NCBI RefSeq assembly: GCF_001194135.2
Contig: NC_068991.1
Coordinates: 6,812,783-6,860,684 of the forward strand
Reading direction: 5' to 3'
DNA: 47,902 nt
Source: Octopus bimaculoides
Lineage: Eukaryota
Numbering within the stretch: position 1 is the first letter of the stretch; every line of letters begins with the position of its first letter. Below, piece after piece: positions 11,391 to 24,503 of this stretch. Under the pieces are notes generated by a model that saw only the letters and a program-made list of their open reading frames with translations, made no database searches and was not told the origin of the DNA. A program made the position numbers and the translations under genes.

Positions 11391-12222
11391 TGTACGCTAC
11401 AAGACTATAAGTTATTGTTCATTATTCAGTGAAATTCTACATTTCAGTTAAAGATGATCTTTTATATAGCACAGACTGCACGCAGAACAGCGAGAATCCA
11501 AGCAGTCATGTAGCTGTTCATTCTCAATTCATTCGGGCAGATTCAAACGTAAACATCTAATCGATGTTGTTTTTCGTCATCGGAAAAATACTTCCTTCAT
11601 TTAGAATATGTTATGTTCGTAACACACGTAATTCACGTAAGGAGACTGAGACATCACAGTATTTCGACCTCGTTACATTTCTCAGAACCTGTGGTGTGGC
11701 CTTATTAGATTCATTCGTTCGGTGGGTTAGCTTTGACATGGTAGACACACAACAAGATCGAGAAAATCCTTTTACCGAAAAGGTTAAAATATCTTCAATT
11801 AATTCCACTGCAGGTTTAAATATGACTCCTTCGTGAAAAATTAATTGGTTCCCTGCTTACATTTTTGTTCTTAATGTCCCTTAGTTATTTGGAACCATTA
11901 TGGTACATTTATGCTTCAGTGAACAAGCCTAACTTTCAAGCAAAAATTACTCCTTGTGTGCGTAGATTGGTGAAGTTGAGGAAGAAAATATGGCGTTCCT
12001 TAAGCCTGGAAGAAATGAACAAGTTCACAGACAAGATGTCAAATGTTAATAATTGTAATTGAAACCAATTTGCAAACTAGCTGCCGGGAGCTCACGATCG
12101 CATGACACGTTTTGTTAATTAATTATTATATTTATTTATTTATTTTTGCTTTTACTAGAAGTTTTCAAGAAAGAAATATGACGTAACATAGTACATACGT
12201 GCATGCATTCATTTATTCACTC

Positions 12223-12266
<44 letters not shown>

Positions 12267-12269
<3 letters not shown>

Positions 12270-12470
12270 CACGTGAGTCGTTGGCGATTTGTTTTCATCC
12301 GTCTTCCTTTTCTATTGGACTTCCCTCTGTTTGTGAAGAAGAGCTTTGCTCGAAACGTTAAACTATCTTTCTTTCCTTCCCTGGGCGTCTGCTAATATTT
12401 TACATGTACCACGTCCTCGCGTTGTTGTTTTTTCTTTGTGTTTGTTCTTCGTTTTTTGGGGATTTATATA
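12267..12470 (+). mobile_element. Penelope-like-element-type repeat with a minimal hammerhead-like motif, flanked by (CT)n and (TA)n
   Basis: GTTT-GTGAAGA-A-GAGC-TTT-GCTC-GAAAC-GTT-AAAC at 12329-12363; homologous to 18540-18800 and 47617-47902. Confidence 0.6.
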
Positions 12471-13410
12471 TATATATATATATTAGTTACAATATACGAA
12501 TTTCCACTAATCTGGCAGTACTCATAAAAGAAGCTCTTTAATGTATTATCCTACAAACCATGCAGAATATATAGCACGTTACAAGAGAACATGATAAGGA
12601 ATCCATCAAAATAATTCAGAACATAAGCTCTGTCCTCAGGATTTTTTGCATTTTGCATTAATGCAGACTAATAATTCATTATTCATAATAATAATTCATT
12701 TATTATTAAATATAATAATATTAATTATTTACATATTTTTAAGTTACGAAACAATTTGGCGTGATNNNNNNNNNNNNNNNNNNNNNNNNNNNNNNNNNNN
12801 NNNNNNNNNNNNNNNNNNNNNNNNNNNNNNNNNNNNNNNNNNNNNNNNNNNNNNNNNNNNNNNNNNNNNNNNNNNNNNNNNNNNNNNNNNNNNNNNNNNN
12901 NNNNNNNNNNNNNNNNNNNNNNNNNNNNNNNNNNNNNNNNNNNNNNNNNNNNNNNNNNNNNNNNNNNNNNNNNNNNNNNNNNNNNNNNNNNNNNNNNNNN
13001 NNNNNNNNNNNNNNNNNNNNNNNNNNNNNNNNNNNNNNNNNNNATACTCACACACACAAACACGCAACATTTGCAAGGCGATCGAAATCAGTTAAATTCA
13101 GAGTGAATTTAGTTCATTTTGAATTTAACATATTTTCGGAAATATTAATTTCAATATTTTTAAAATCTAAATATGTTAACACAACAGAAACAATTGTCGG
13201 CTTTGTAAGGTGAATTCTACAATTAAAGACATGATTTTCTTCATATGTATTTTTTTGTCTAATACCCTGAACTTCTCGAAATTCCTCTCAATATTTGAAT
13301 CTACTTGTCATACATGACCTTCGATGTATATTCTACTTGTATTTATTGGTATCATGTAACACTGATTGGTTTAATGATATCTGCCTGGATTTTTAATCCA
13401 ATCACACACA

Positions 13411-13465
<55 letters not shown>

Positions 13466-13689
13466 GCGCTGACATATATGCAGATATGTATTCAGCTGGC
13501 GCTGTCACTGACCGCTGCAAGGGCGATTTTGTCGTGTCTTTTTCGATATTCATTTTGTGTTTAACAAAACACCTTCATGGCGGATGCAATTGCAGGACGA
13601 ATACCGCAATAACTGGCGTATTAAGTATGACACATTGATGACAATTTTAATTTAATGCTGACTCAATTCCGTATACCGGATACACACGT

Positions 13690-13780
13690 ACATACATACA
13701 TACATACATACATACATACATACATACATACAAAAAGACAGAAAGACAAACAGACAAGCAAGCAGGCAGATAGATAGATG

Positions 13781-13854
<74 letters not shown>

Positions 13855-14241
13855 CAGACAGGCAGACAGACAGACAGACACAGATAGAGTAACGCAATAN
13901 NNNNNNNNNNNNNNNNNNNNNNNNNNNNNNNNNNNNNNNNNNNNNNNNNNNNNNNNNNNNNNNNNNNNNNNNNNNNNNNNNNNNNNNNNNNNNNNNNNNN
14001 NNNNNNNNNNNNNNNNNNNNNNNNNNNNNNNNNNNNNNNNNNNNNNNNNNNNNNNNNNNNNNNNNNNNNNNNNNNNNNNNNNNNNNNNNNNNNNNNNNNN
14101 NNNNNNNNNNNNNNNNNNNNNNNNNNNNNNNNNNNNNNNNNNNNNNNNNNNNNNNNNNNNNNNNNNNNNNNNNNNNNNNNNNNNNNNNNNNNNNNNNNNN
14201 NNNNNNNNNNNNNNNNNNNNNNNNNNNNNNNNNNNNNNNNN

Positions 14242-14284
<43 letters not shown>

Positions 14285-14670
14285 CATGTATGCACGCACC
14301 CATACATGTAAGTATGGCCTGCACTGATCCCTATGTATGTTCTTAATAGAAGAAAGGCATAGACATCACAGCCTCCTATTTTCTTGTTCATGAAAAAATA
14401 AAGTAGTAGTCCTGTGCCTATTTATAGACCGACAAATGAGTAGACGGACGGACGGACGGACGGATGGATGGGTGGACAGGTGGATGGATGGATGGATGGA
14501 TGGATGGATGGATGGATGGATTTGGATAGATGGATGCATGCATGGATGAATGGTTGGATGAATGGATGGATGGGAGATTTGAGGTGGATGCGTGGACGAA
14601 TGGATTCAACGGGTGGATGGATGTACGGATGCATGGATGCGTGGATGATTTAATGGATGGATGAATGGGT
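13690..14670. repeat. Tetranucleotide satellites (TACA)n, (AGAT)n, (AGAC)n and (GGAT)n around a gap
   Basis: Directly visible. Confidence 0.9.
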
Positions 14671-15000
14671 GGTTGGAATATTTGGAACAGCAGGAATTGT
14701 AAGAATACTTTTAATTCTGAAAATATAAATAAACATTCTTGGTCGATTGGATAAATATGAATCTCTGCGCAAGATGAAAGATGGCGTAAAAGTGTTGCGG
14801 AGGTGGGAGAGAAAGAGAGGGAGAGAAAATGTTCGTTTAATTCGTTTTATCTTCTCCTTTACATCAATATCATAATATTTGTTTTAGATTAGTCAAAAAG
14901 ATTGTCTGTGATGACATATTTCACTTTCTCCACATCTCTCTATCTCTTTCTCTTCCTCTCTCCTTCACCCACACTCTCTTTCCTTCACCGTCTCCCCCAC

Positions 15001-15042
<42 letters not shown>

Positions 15043-15694
15043 TCGCCATTCCCATAATTCTTACCCCATTTTTTCTCTACGAACATTTGTCTATATCAGT
15101 TTGGTCTACATACACGCGGCATGTGAAGATATTTGTGTGTGTGTGTGTGTNNNNNNNNNNNNNNNNNNNNNNNNNNNNNNNNNNNNNNNNNNNNNNNNNN
15201 NNNNNNNNNNNNNNNNNNNNNNNNNNNNNNNNNNNNNNNNNNNNNNNNNNNNNNNNNNNNNNNNNNNNNNNNNNNNNNNNNNNNNNNNNNNNNNNNNNNN
15301 NNNNNNNNNNNNNNNNNNNNNNNNNNNNNNNNNNNNNNNNNNNNNNNNNNNNNNNNNNNNNNNNNNNNNNNNNNNNNNNNNNNNNNNNNNNNNNNNNNNN
15401 NNNNNNNNNNNNNNNNNNNNNNNNNNNNNNNNNNNNNNNNNNNNNNNNNNNNNNNNNNNNNNNNNNNNNNNNNNNNNNNNNNNNNNNNNNNNNNNNNNNN
15501 NNNNNNNNNNNNNNNNNNNNNNNNNNNNNNNNNNNNNNNNNNNNNNNNNNNNNNNNNNNNNNNNNNNNNNNNNNNNNNNNNNNNNNNNNNNNNNNNNNNN
15601 NNNNNNNNNNNNNNNNNNNNNNNNNNNNNNNNNNNNNNNNNNNNNNNNNNNNNNNNNNNNNNNNNNNNNNNNNNNNNNNNNNNNNNNNNNNNNN

Positions 15695-15830
15695 CGCCGA
15701 GGTCGACTTTGCTTTTCATCCTTTCGAGATCGATAAAATAAGTACCAGTTGAACACTGATTCGATGTGATCGACTATCCGCCCCACGCCCCGCGAAATTT
15801 CAGGCCCTGTGCCTATAGTAGAAAGGACTA
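15695..15830 (+). mobile_element. SINE family A 3' half
   Basis: CGCCGAGGTCGACTTTGCTTTTCATCCTTTCG...GCCCTGTGCCTATAGTAGAAAGGA. Confidence 0.85.
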
Positions 15831-17039
15831 TCAGACACCTTCTGACTGAATGACTTTCTGTGACTCATTTCCTCAAAGTTCATTTACTGTCGCTGCCGCT
15901 CTTGCATTGTCTCCAACCAAAAGTGGATCTTCTATTATTTTTCATCCTGTAACAGCCGACAGACGTTATACTACTTACTACTTTCAATGTTTATTAATCA
16001 ATTATACAGGCCCCAGAAGTTGTTATTCATAAACAAGGGGGATAAATCTACCTTTAGATCAGCACAGTGTGATAACAAACAACGGTAATGATACGACACA
16101 TCTTCCTTGCGCAAACGCAGTGCAATATCATAAACAGCTGCTCGAAAATCTTCACAAGACATTAAGTTATTTATATTTTGTTCGGGTTTGTGTTTCTGTT
16201 TTAAGCTATAATCAATAAATGGAACTCGGCAGGATATATTGTCAAATGTTTACACAATGATTTTGTCATGCTGTGATTTTCAAAGACAGAACAGAAGTTC
16301 TACAGATCCCATCTGTTTGAAACAATCAAATAAATAAAATGAAATAAAATAAAATAGAAAACAAATCCAAAAATCTTCTTAAAAGTTCAGCGTTTGGCTG
16401 AAGTTATCAGCTAAAAGGCTAATAAAAGAGACTCTAATATTGACTAAACAGAGAAGATATACGTCCACATACATAACAGGCGTTTCTATTGTTATAATAT
16501 GCTTAAAACATTCCTCTCTCTCTCTCTCTATCTTTCTCACTCTCTTACTCCTTTGCTATTGTCATAATTATTATTTATTTATTGTCGGTCAGTCTATAAA
16601 CCAGGAAAGGAAAATCCTTATCATAAAGTGCTATCACTTCATGTTGAAGTAGTTAATGGCAGTGATAAAATGCCAGAGCTTATTTGCCAGAGCAAGAGTT
16701 GGACGGATCTCGTTTGGTCGTATGGAAGTATGTCAAACTGTACAGTTACAAGAACTATAATAGTAACGACAACTACTAGTGCAATAATTAGTCCACAGCT
16801 AACAGCTTGTTTTCTCACTTTTATGATGTACTTGTTCAAAATGAACTTCTCCATTAATAGTTAAGTGGGCGTTAGCATACTTGATGTAGGAAACCAAGAT
16901 ATTTTAATTCATTAAAAAATACGCCCTTAGTGAGGAGAACAAACCATTATTGGTAAATATGAAGAAATAAATAAATAAATAAATAAGGATAGGGGGAGAT
17001 AAGCACGAAAATTGAATTAAATAAAATTAGGATAAGATT

Positions 17040-17418
17040 AGGCGCAAACATGGCTGCAAGGTTAAGAAGATCATTTTGCAAGATGCCTTCTGTTATAGAC
17101 TGACTGACTAATGAACTGCGAGTGAATTTGGCAGACAGAAACTGTGTGAAATCCCGCCGTGTCTGTCTGTCTGCATATATGTATGTATGTATATACATTT
17201 CTATCGTGTGGTGTGTACACACACATACACACACACATATACATACACGACGAGCTTCTTTCAGTTTCCGTCTACCAAATCCACTCACAAGACTTTGGTC
17301 GGCCCGAGGCTATAGTAGAAGACACTTGTCCAAGATGACACGCAGTAAGACTGAACCCTGAACCATGTGGTTGGTAAGCCAGCTTCTTGCCACACAGCCA
17401 CTCCTGCACCTATACACA

Positions 17419-17484
<66 letters not shown>

Positions 17485-17720
17485 ATTATCTCTTTGTGTC
17501 TGTATTTGTCAACTCACACTCCGCCATCACTTGACAACCAGTATTGGTTTGTTTATGTCCACATAACTTAGCGGTTCGGCGTAAGAGACCGATAGAATAA
17601 GTAACAGTAAAGAAAAACAGAAAAAACAGAAGTACTGGAGCCGAGTTGTCTGCCTAAAGACCTTCCAGGGCGGTGCCCCAGCATGGCCGCATTCCAATAA
17701 CGGAAACAAGTGTGAAAGAT
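17040..17720. mobile_element. Nested family B SINE pieces in both orientations (+ 17040-17165, - 17246-17412, + 17505-17720)
   Basis: Family B motifs in opposite orientations separated by (CA)n tracts. Confidence 0.75.
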
Positions 17721-18488
17721 AAAGAGTTATATTAAATATCTTTGTCGTATTTGTTATTTCTTGCATTTTTTAACAAATGCGTTGAAAGAAAACCTCACTG
17801 AGCCTGTGTTATCTTACTACACACACACACACACACACACACAAAACATATACTCACACATATATGTACGTGCTTGTTAATTAACAATCATGCTTACACA
17901 TAAATACTCTCATTATATATGTGTGTGTGCGCGCGCGCGTGTGTGTGTGTGTACTCAAATACATATGTAAGCACACCTAAAATATATGGCATTCTTTGAG
18001 AGAGAGAGACACACACACACACAGCTATGATAGGAATACAAATTATAATTAACACTGGAACTTTACGCCGTTGCAGCCAACTGGAGAGGAAGAGACTCTA
18101 CATGGTCGTTCGGCCTGCTAGAAATGGCAGCTAAATCTCACTAAAATATTCTGCCTTTTTAAAAATATATAATCACACATGAGTGATGTAGGCTTAGAAA
18201 CAATATGGCTGAAGAAATTTTTTTTAAATAACATAGATGAGGGGATCACAGATGGAACGTCTGTGAACATAGGTCTGCGTAAGTTAAACAACAACAACAA
18301 CAGTAACAGTAATAAGTTCACATTTTAAGGTATTACAGTGGAAATTTATCAAGAGATGTAAAGTTTCTTTCGAGCTTCCAATCGAAAATATAAACGCTGG
18401 TCTTAAAACATTTGTAGATAGTTTTTGAGATCTCAGGAAACTCCCAGATTAGGGGGACGTAACCCCTCACAGGCTATTGTGCTTGTCT

Positions 18489-18539
<51 letters not shown>

Positions 18540-18540
<1 letters not shown>

Positions 18541-18800
18541 CGTCTGCTAATACTTTACATGTACCACGTTCTCACGTCGTTCTTTTTGGGGAACCTCGTG
18601 GACATCGGTGGCGATTTTTTCTTCCTCCGTTTTTCCCTTCTTTGAACTTTCCTCGTTTCCGACGAAGAGCTCCGCTCGAAACGTCATACTCTCTCTCTCT
18701 TTCCTTTCCCGAGCGTCTTGTAACACAATCTGTATCACGTCCTCACGTTGTTGTTTTTTGTTGTTGTTTTTTTGTATTTTTCCTTTTTTTGAACTTATAT
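18540..18800 (+). mobile_element. Penelope-like-element-type repeat (partial tandem) with a hammerhead-like motif, flanked by (TA)n
   Basis: CCGACGA-A-GAGC-TCC-GCTC-GAAAC-GTC at 18659-18685. The segment AGCGTCT...CACGT..TCACGT is repeated at 18540 and 18711, as in PLE pseudo-LTRs. Confidence 0.6.
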
Positions 18801-19125
18801 ATATAGAATATGAGGGGTTTAGTTCACTGGTGATTTAAACGAATAGGTACGCTGAGTAAGTGCTATAATTGGTCATCTGTTAGGTTCTAAGTTCACAGGT
18901 ATGTGCTGTGATTTGTTGTGATGCTGTTATGGTTACTGTATTGGAAGTGCTTTATGTAGGATGTGTACAGAGTTATTTTCTGTATGTTATATATAATTGG
19001 TTGTCCTGGTGTTTTTGTTATGTAGTTGTCTGAATATTTTTTTTTATCATACCTAATGCGCCTACTATGATAGGAATTGTTTCTGTCTTTAGACTCAACA
19101 TTCGAGTTACTTCTATTTCCAGCTC

Positions 19126-19175
<50 letters not shown>

Positions 19176-20116
19176 TACGATAGCTTATTGTAAGAGATAT
19201 TACCTTTCAAAAAAACTTGACTGATTAAACTGAAATGCTTCCTGGCCACATATTTTCATCACTTACACTTTCACCAATATTAACAACGCCACATGCCTTT
19301 TCACTCTTCAATTTCAAAAGAATTACACGGGCGAATGAATCGAGATTTTCCTTTCTAGAGCAACAAAACNNNNNNNNNNNNNNNNNNNNNNNNNNNNNNN
19401 NNNNNNNNNNNNNNNNNNNNNNNNNNNNNNNNNNNNNNNNNNNNNNNNNNNNNNNNNNNNNNNNNNNNNNNNNNNNNNNNNNNNNNNNNNNNNNNNNNNN
19501 NNNNNNNNNNNNNNNNNNNNNNNNNNNNNNNNNNNNNNNNNNNNNNNNNNNNNNNNNNNNNNNNNNNNNNNNNNNNNNNNNNNNNNNNNNNNNNNNNNNN
19601 NNNNNNNNNNNNNNNNNNNNNNNNNNNNNNNNNNNNNNNNNNNNNNNNNNNNNNNNNNNNNNNNNNNNNNNNNNNNNNNNNNNNNNNNNNNNNNNNNNNN
19701 NNNNNNNNNNNNNNNNNNNNNNNNNNNNNNNNNNNNNNNNNNNNNNNNNNNNNNNNNNNNNNNNNNNNNNNNNNNNNNNNNNNNNNNNNNNNNNNNNNNN
19801 NNNNNNNNNNNNNNNNNNNNNNNNNNNNNNNNNNNNNNNNNNNNNNNNNNNNNNNNNNNNNNNNNNNNNNNNNNNNNNNNNNNNNNNNNNNNNNNNNNNN
19901 NNNNNNNNNNNNNNNNNNNNNNNNNNNNNNNNNNNNNNNNNNNNNNNNNNNNNNNNNNNNNNNNNNNNNNNNNNNNNNNNNNNNNNNNNNNNNNNNNNNN
20001 NNNNNNNNNNNNNNNNNNNNNNNNNNNNNNNNNNNNNNNNNNNNNNNNNNNNNNNNNNNNNNNNNNNNNNNNNNNNNNNNNNNNNNNNNNNNNNNNNNNN
20101 NNNNNNNNNNNNNNNN

Positions 20117-20519
20117 CTCTTTTACTCTTTTACTTGTTTCAGTCATTTGACTGCGGCCATGCTGGAAGCACCGCCTTTAGTCGAGCAAATCGAGACCAGG
20201 ACTTATTCTTTGTAAGCCTAGTACTTATTCTATCGGTCTTTTTTGTCGAACCGCTAAGTTACGGGGACGTAAACACACCACCATCGGTTGTCAAGCGATG
20301 TTGGAGAAACAAACACAGACACACAAACACACATATATATGCACATACATATACATGACGGGCTTCTTTCAGTTTCCGTCTACCAAATCCACTCACAAGG
20401 CTTTGGTCGGCCCGATGCTATAGTGTAAGGCACTTGCCCAAGGTGCCACGCAGTGAGACTGAACCCGGAACCATGTGGTTGGTAAGCAAGCTACTTACCA
20501 CACAGCCACTCCTGCGCCT
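20117..20519 (-). mobile_element. SINE family B, best-preserved full-length copy
   Basis: Minus strand: GGCGCAGGAGTGGCTGTGTGGTAAG (A box), GGTTCCGGGTTCAGTCTC (B-box region), CCTTGGGCAAG (CORE-like), tail GACTGAAACAAGTAAAAGAG. Confidence 0.9.
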
Positions 20520-22112
20520 TGTCTACTTAATTTGAAACGTACTTTTCTTTTACGAGTTTCAGTGATTGGACGGCAACCAAGATGGAACATCGCTTTGGAA
20601 TCTGTTCAGCTTGGCGCACAGATTTTTTAATTCATGTTTTAAAACTAAACAGTTTGAAGCTTCGTATACTGGTGGAATGTCTCACGCAGAACACGGTTTA
20701 CTTTGAACANNNNNNNNNNTTTTTCAAATCTGGAGCATATTCTGTCGATCAATTTTGCCGAACCGCTATGTTACCAAGGACGTAAACAAACCAACGACGA
20801 CTGTCAAATGGCTGATAGGAAGAGATCAACCATCTAACTCGCACATTATAAATACGATTTGCAAGTGGAACAGTAAAAATATGCAAGACTTTTTCTTGAG
20901 TTTAAAATGGGATATTGTTTTTATCTACATTCCAAAGATGGAAGTTTGTATCTTTGTTAGACATACATACACACGCACACCCTCAGCACCACCACCACCA
21001 CAAGCACATTACAAAGACCTTAAATGTCTTTTTGATACAAATCTTTATCACTTACAAGCTCTACTACTGCATGTCCAATAAACACCATGTACTAAAACTA
21101 TATTTTTGTGATAAAATTCCTTGCAACGCTTAAGTCTGAGAACTCACCAGACGTATCGAGTGTGGCGCTGTTTTTTATGGTTTCAAGAGTCTTTTGTTTG
21201 GCTTGGTGGAATCACCTTCATTTTTAATATATTTTAATATTCTGTTGTTATCCACATTTTTTTTTTTTTTGATGAGCTTACTTCAGGCTATTACAAACTG
21301 AATTCAAGTACTTTACAATGGCAGCAGAGATGAAGAGTCTCTTAAAGATATCGGAAATTCATCTGTCGGTCTCGCTTGTTAGCTTTAGTCACTTTTGATA
21401 AATTTTAAAACTGTTTGGATTCATTGAGTGGATTTGTGATGCATTGAAGGGCTCTCTCTCTCTCTCTCTCTCTCNNNNNNNNNNNNNNNNNNNNNNNNNN
21501 NNNNNNNNNNNNNNNNNNNNNNNNNNNNNNNNNNNNNNNNNNNNNNNNNNNNNNNNNNNNNNNNNNNNNNNNNNNNNNNNNNNNNNNNNNNNNNNNNNNN
21601 NNNNNNNNNNNNNNNNNNNNNNNNNNNNNNNNNNNNNNNNNNNNNNNNNNNNNNNNNNNNNNNNNNNNNNNNNNNNNNNNNNNNNNNNNNNNNNNNNNNN
21701 NNNNNNNNNNNNNNNNNNNNNNNNNNNNNNNNNNNNNNNNNNNNNNNNNNNNNNNNNNNNNNNNNNNNNNNNNNNNNNNNNNNNNNNNNNNNNNNNNNNN
21801 NNNNNNNNNNNNNNNNNNNNNNNNNNNNNNNNNNNNNNNNNNNNNNNNNNNNNNNNNNNNNNNNNNNNNNNNNNNNNNNNNNNNNNNNNNNNNNNNNNNN
21901 NNNNNNNNNNNNNNNNNNNNNNNNNNNNNNNNNNNNNNNNNNNNNNNNNNNNNNNNNNNNNNNNNNNNNNNNNNNNNNNNNNNNNNNNNNNNNNNNNNNN
22001 NNNNNNNNNNATATATACACACACACACATCTACACAGAGGAAGACAATCACGGAAAATATTGCCAAACGGATATTATTCGTTCCAAAGTGCTCACAACA
22101 AGCAGATTCCAC

Positions 22113-22144
<32 letters not shown>

Positions 22145-22871
22145 TGTATGTATGTATGTATGTACCTATGCAAGCATGCTCCGAAGTGTTCACTCAAGTG
22201 CACTGCTTTGCAGAAATCCAGCTGGAATTGAAGTGCCAATGTGTGAGGACAATTTCTTCTCTCGAGAGCTTGATTACTTAACCAGTGAAAGTCACACGAA
22301 ACAGGGAGAAATCAAACAGCTTGCGCGATGGCTGTGCCGCCACGTCCCCCGCGTCAAATTTGTCATGAGTTTGACTTCATTTGCAAGTTATCTGCTGGTC
22401 TGACCAGGTATAGTAAAATACATGAGGTCACAACCCAGCCGGTGATGCCAAAGGACAACATCTGTGAGCGTAATTGCAGAATAGAAGCTGGTCCGAAAAG
22501 CCTCCTGCGTGTGTATGGTCGTGCAAGTTTCAATGAAGGGATAACACAATTCCAACAAGAAGGAGCAATCAACATGTATGTATGTATGTATGTATGTATG
22601 TATGTATGTATGTATGTATGTGTGTGTGTATGTATGTATGTGTGTATGTGTATATGTATGTATGTAATGCACTGTATATGGATTTAACTAATCCGGTGGT
22701 ACTCATAAAAAAGCTCTTATAATGGATCGGGTTATGAACCACGAAACGAAAATAGAACCCGTCATTTTCTGTGGGTATTAAAGCTAATCTATACAGACTA
22801 GCTATGTGTTCGGGCAGGCACGGTCGTGTGCGTGTGTGTGTGTGGCCAAGATTGTACGCACTGACCAGAAA

Positions 22872-23040
22872 CAGTAGTGTAGCTGGGGTGGTGGTGAGGG
22901 AACAGTCCGCCCCGGGCAACTCTTTTGCGGAATGGCCCTCCTGGGTCTGCTATGTAAGCTTGTATAAGCTTGGAAGCCCGGAGGTTGGACCGCACACTCA
23001 ATGGCTGTCACGGGCGGCACACACTGTACTTACGCCATCG
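22872..23040. mobile_element. Second CAGTGGCGTAGCT-type MITE
   Basis: Left end CAGTAGTGTAGCTGGGG..CCGCCCCGGG, right end CTTACGCCATCG. Confidence 0.45.
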
Positions 23041-23096
23041 ACCACAGGTTATATATTTATTTAATTACTCACAACCCACGCTGTACTGGTATTCAA

Positions 23097-23162
<66 letters not shown>

Positions 23163-24503
23163 NNNNNNNNNNNNNNNNNNNNNNNNNNNNNNNNNNNNNN
23201 NNNNNNNNNNNNNNNNNNNNNNNNNNNNNNNNNNNNNNNNNNNNNNNNNNNNNNNNNNNNNNNNNNNNNNNNNNNNNNNNNNNNNNNNNNNNNNNNNNNN
23301 NNNNNNNNNNNNNNNNNNNNNNNNNNNNNNNNNNNNNNNNNNNNNNNNNNNNNNNNNNNNNNNNNNNNNNNNNNNNNNNNNNNNNNNNNNNNNNNNNNNN
23401 NNNNNNNNNNNNNNNNNNNNNNNNNNNNNNNNNNNNNNNNNNNNNNNNNNNNNNNNNNNNNNNNNNNNNNNNNNNNNNNNNNNNNNNNNNNNNNNNNNNN
23501 NNNNNNNNNNNNNNNNNNNNNNNNNNNNNNNNNNNNNNNNNNNNNNNNNNNNNNNNNNNNNNNNNNNNNNNNNNNNNNNNNNNNNNNNNNNNNNNNNNNN
23601 NNNNNNNNNNNNNNNNNNNNNNNNNNNNNNNNNNNNNNNNNNNNNNNNNNNNNNNNNNNNNNNNNNNNNNNNNNNNNNNNNNNNNNNNNNNNNNNNNNNN
23701 NNNNNNNNNNNNNNNNNNNNNNNNNNNNNNNNNNNNNNNNNNNNNNNNNNNNNNNNNNNNNNNNNNNNNNNNNNNNNNNNNNNNNNNNNNNNNNNNNNNN
23801 NNNNNNNNNNNNNNNNNNNNNNNNNNNNNNNNNNNNNNNNNNNNNNNNNNNNNNNNNNNNNNNNNNNNNNNNNNNNNNNNNNNNNNNNNNNNNNNNNNNN
23901 NNNNNNNNNNNNNNNNNNNNNNNNNNNNNNNNNNNNNNNNNNNNNNNNNNNNNNNNNNNNNNNNNNNNNNNNNNNNNNNNNNNNNNNNNNNNNNNNNNNN
24001 NNNNNNNNNNNNNNNNNNNNNNNNNNNNNNNNNNNNNNNNNNNNNNNNNNNNNNNNNNNNNNNNNNNNNNNNNNNNNNNNNNNNNNNNNNNNNNNNNNNN
24101 NNNNNNNNNNNNNNTTTTTTTTTTTTTTTTTGTTAGTTTCCTTTTGGTTTTCTTTCCTTTTTTATTCTTTTTTTTTTGTTTTCTTTATTGATAGTGTCGG
24201 TGACAGCCGGTCCTCAACCATACAAAACAATAATCAAATAAACAAATAAATAAAGAAATAGATAAATAAATGAAAACGGATTGTAGTACCTGATATATGC
24301 ATGTTTTTATTTATTTGTTTATTTAGAGAAAGAGAGAGAGAGAGAGAGAAAGAGAGAGAAGGTATGTATGTGTGTGTATTTGTCTTATTGAAGCTGCTAA
24401 CACTTCACAGACTGTATACACACACACACACACACATGTATATACATAAAAACATACATAAATACACGCATACATACATACATACATACATACACACATA
24501 CAT

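Noticed and set aside
20400-20519. tRNA-like A/B boxes (also 4190-4259, 6398-6460, 24790-24869)
   Set aside because: These are SINE heads followed by SINE bodies; no complete cloverleaf, so not tRNA genes.
22170-22570. Higher-GC unique-looking segment with overlapping short ORFs
   Set aside because: No recognisable motif in any frame; possibly a decayed transposon, left unassigned.
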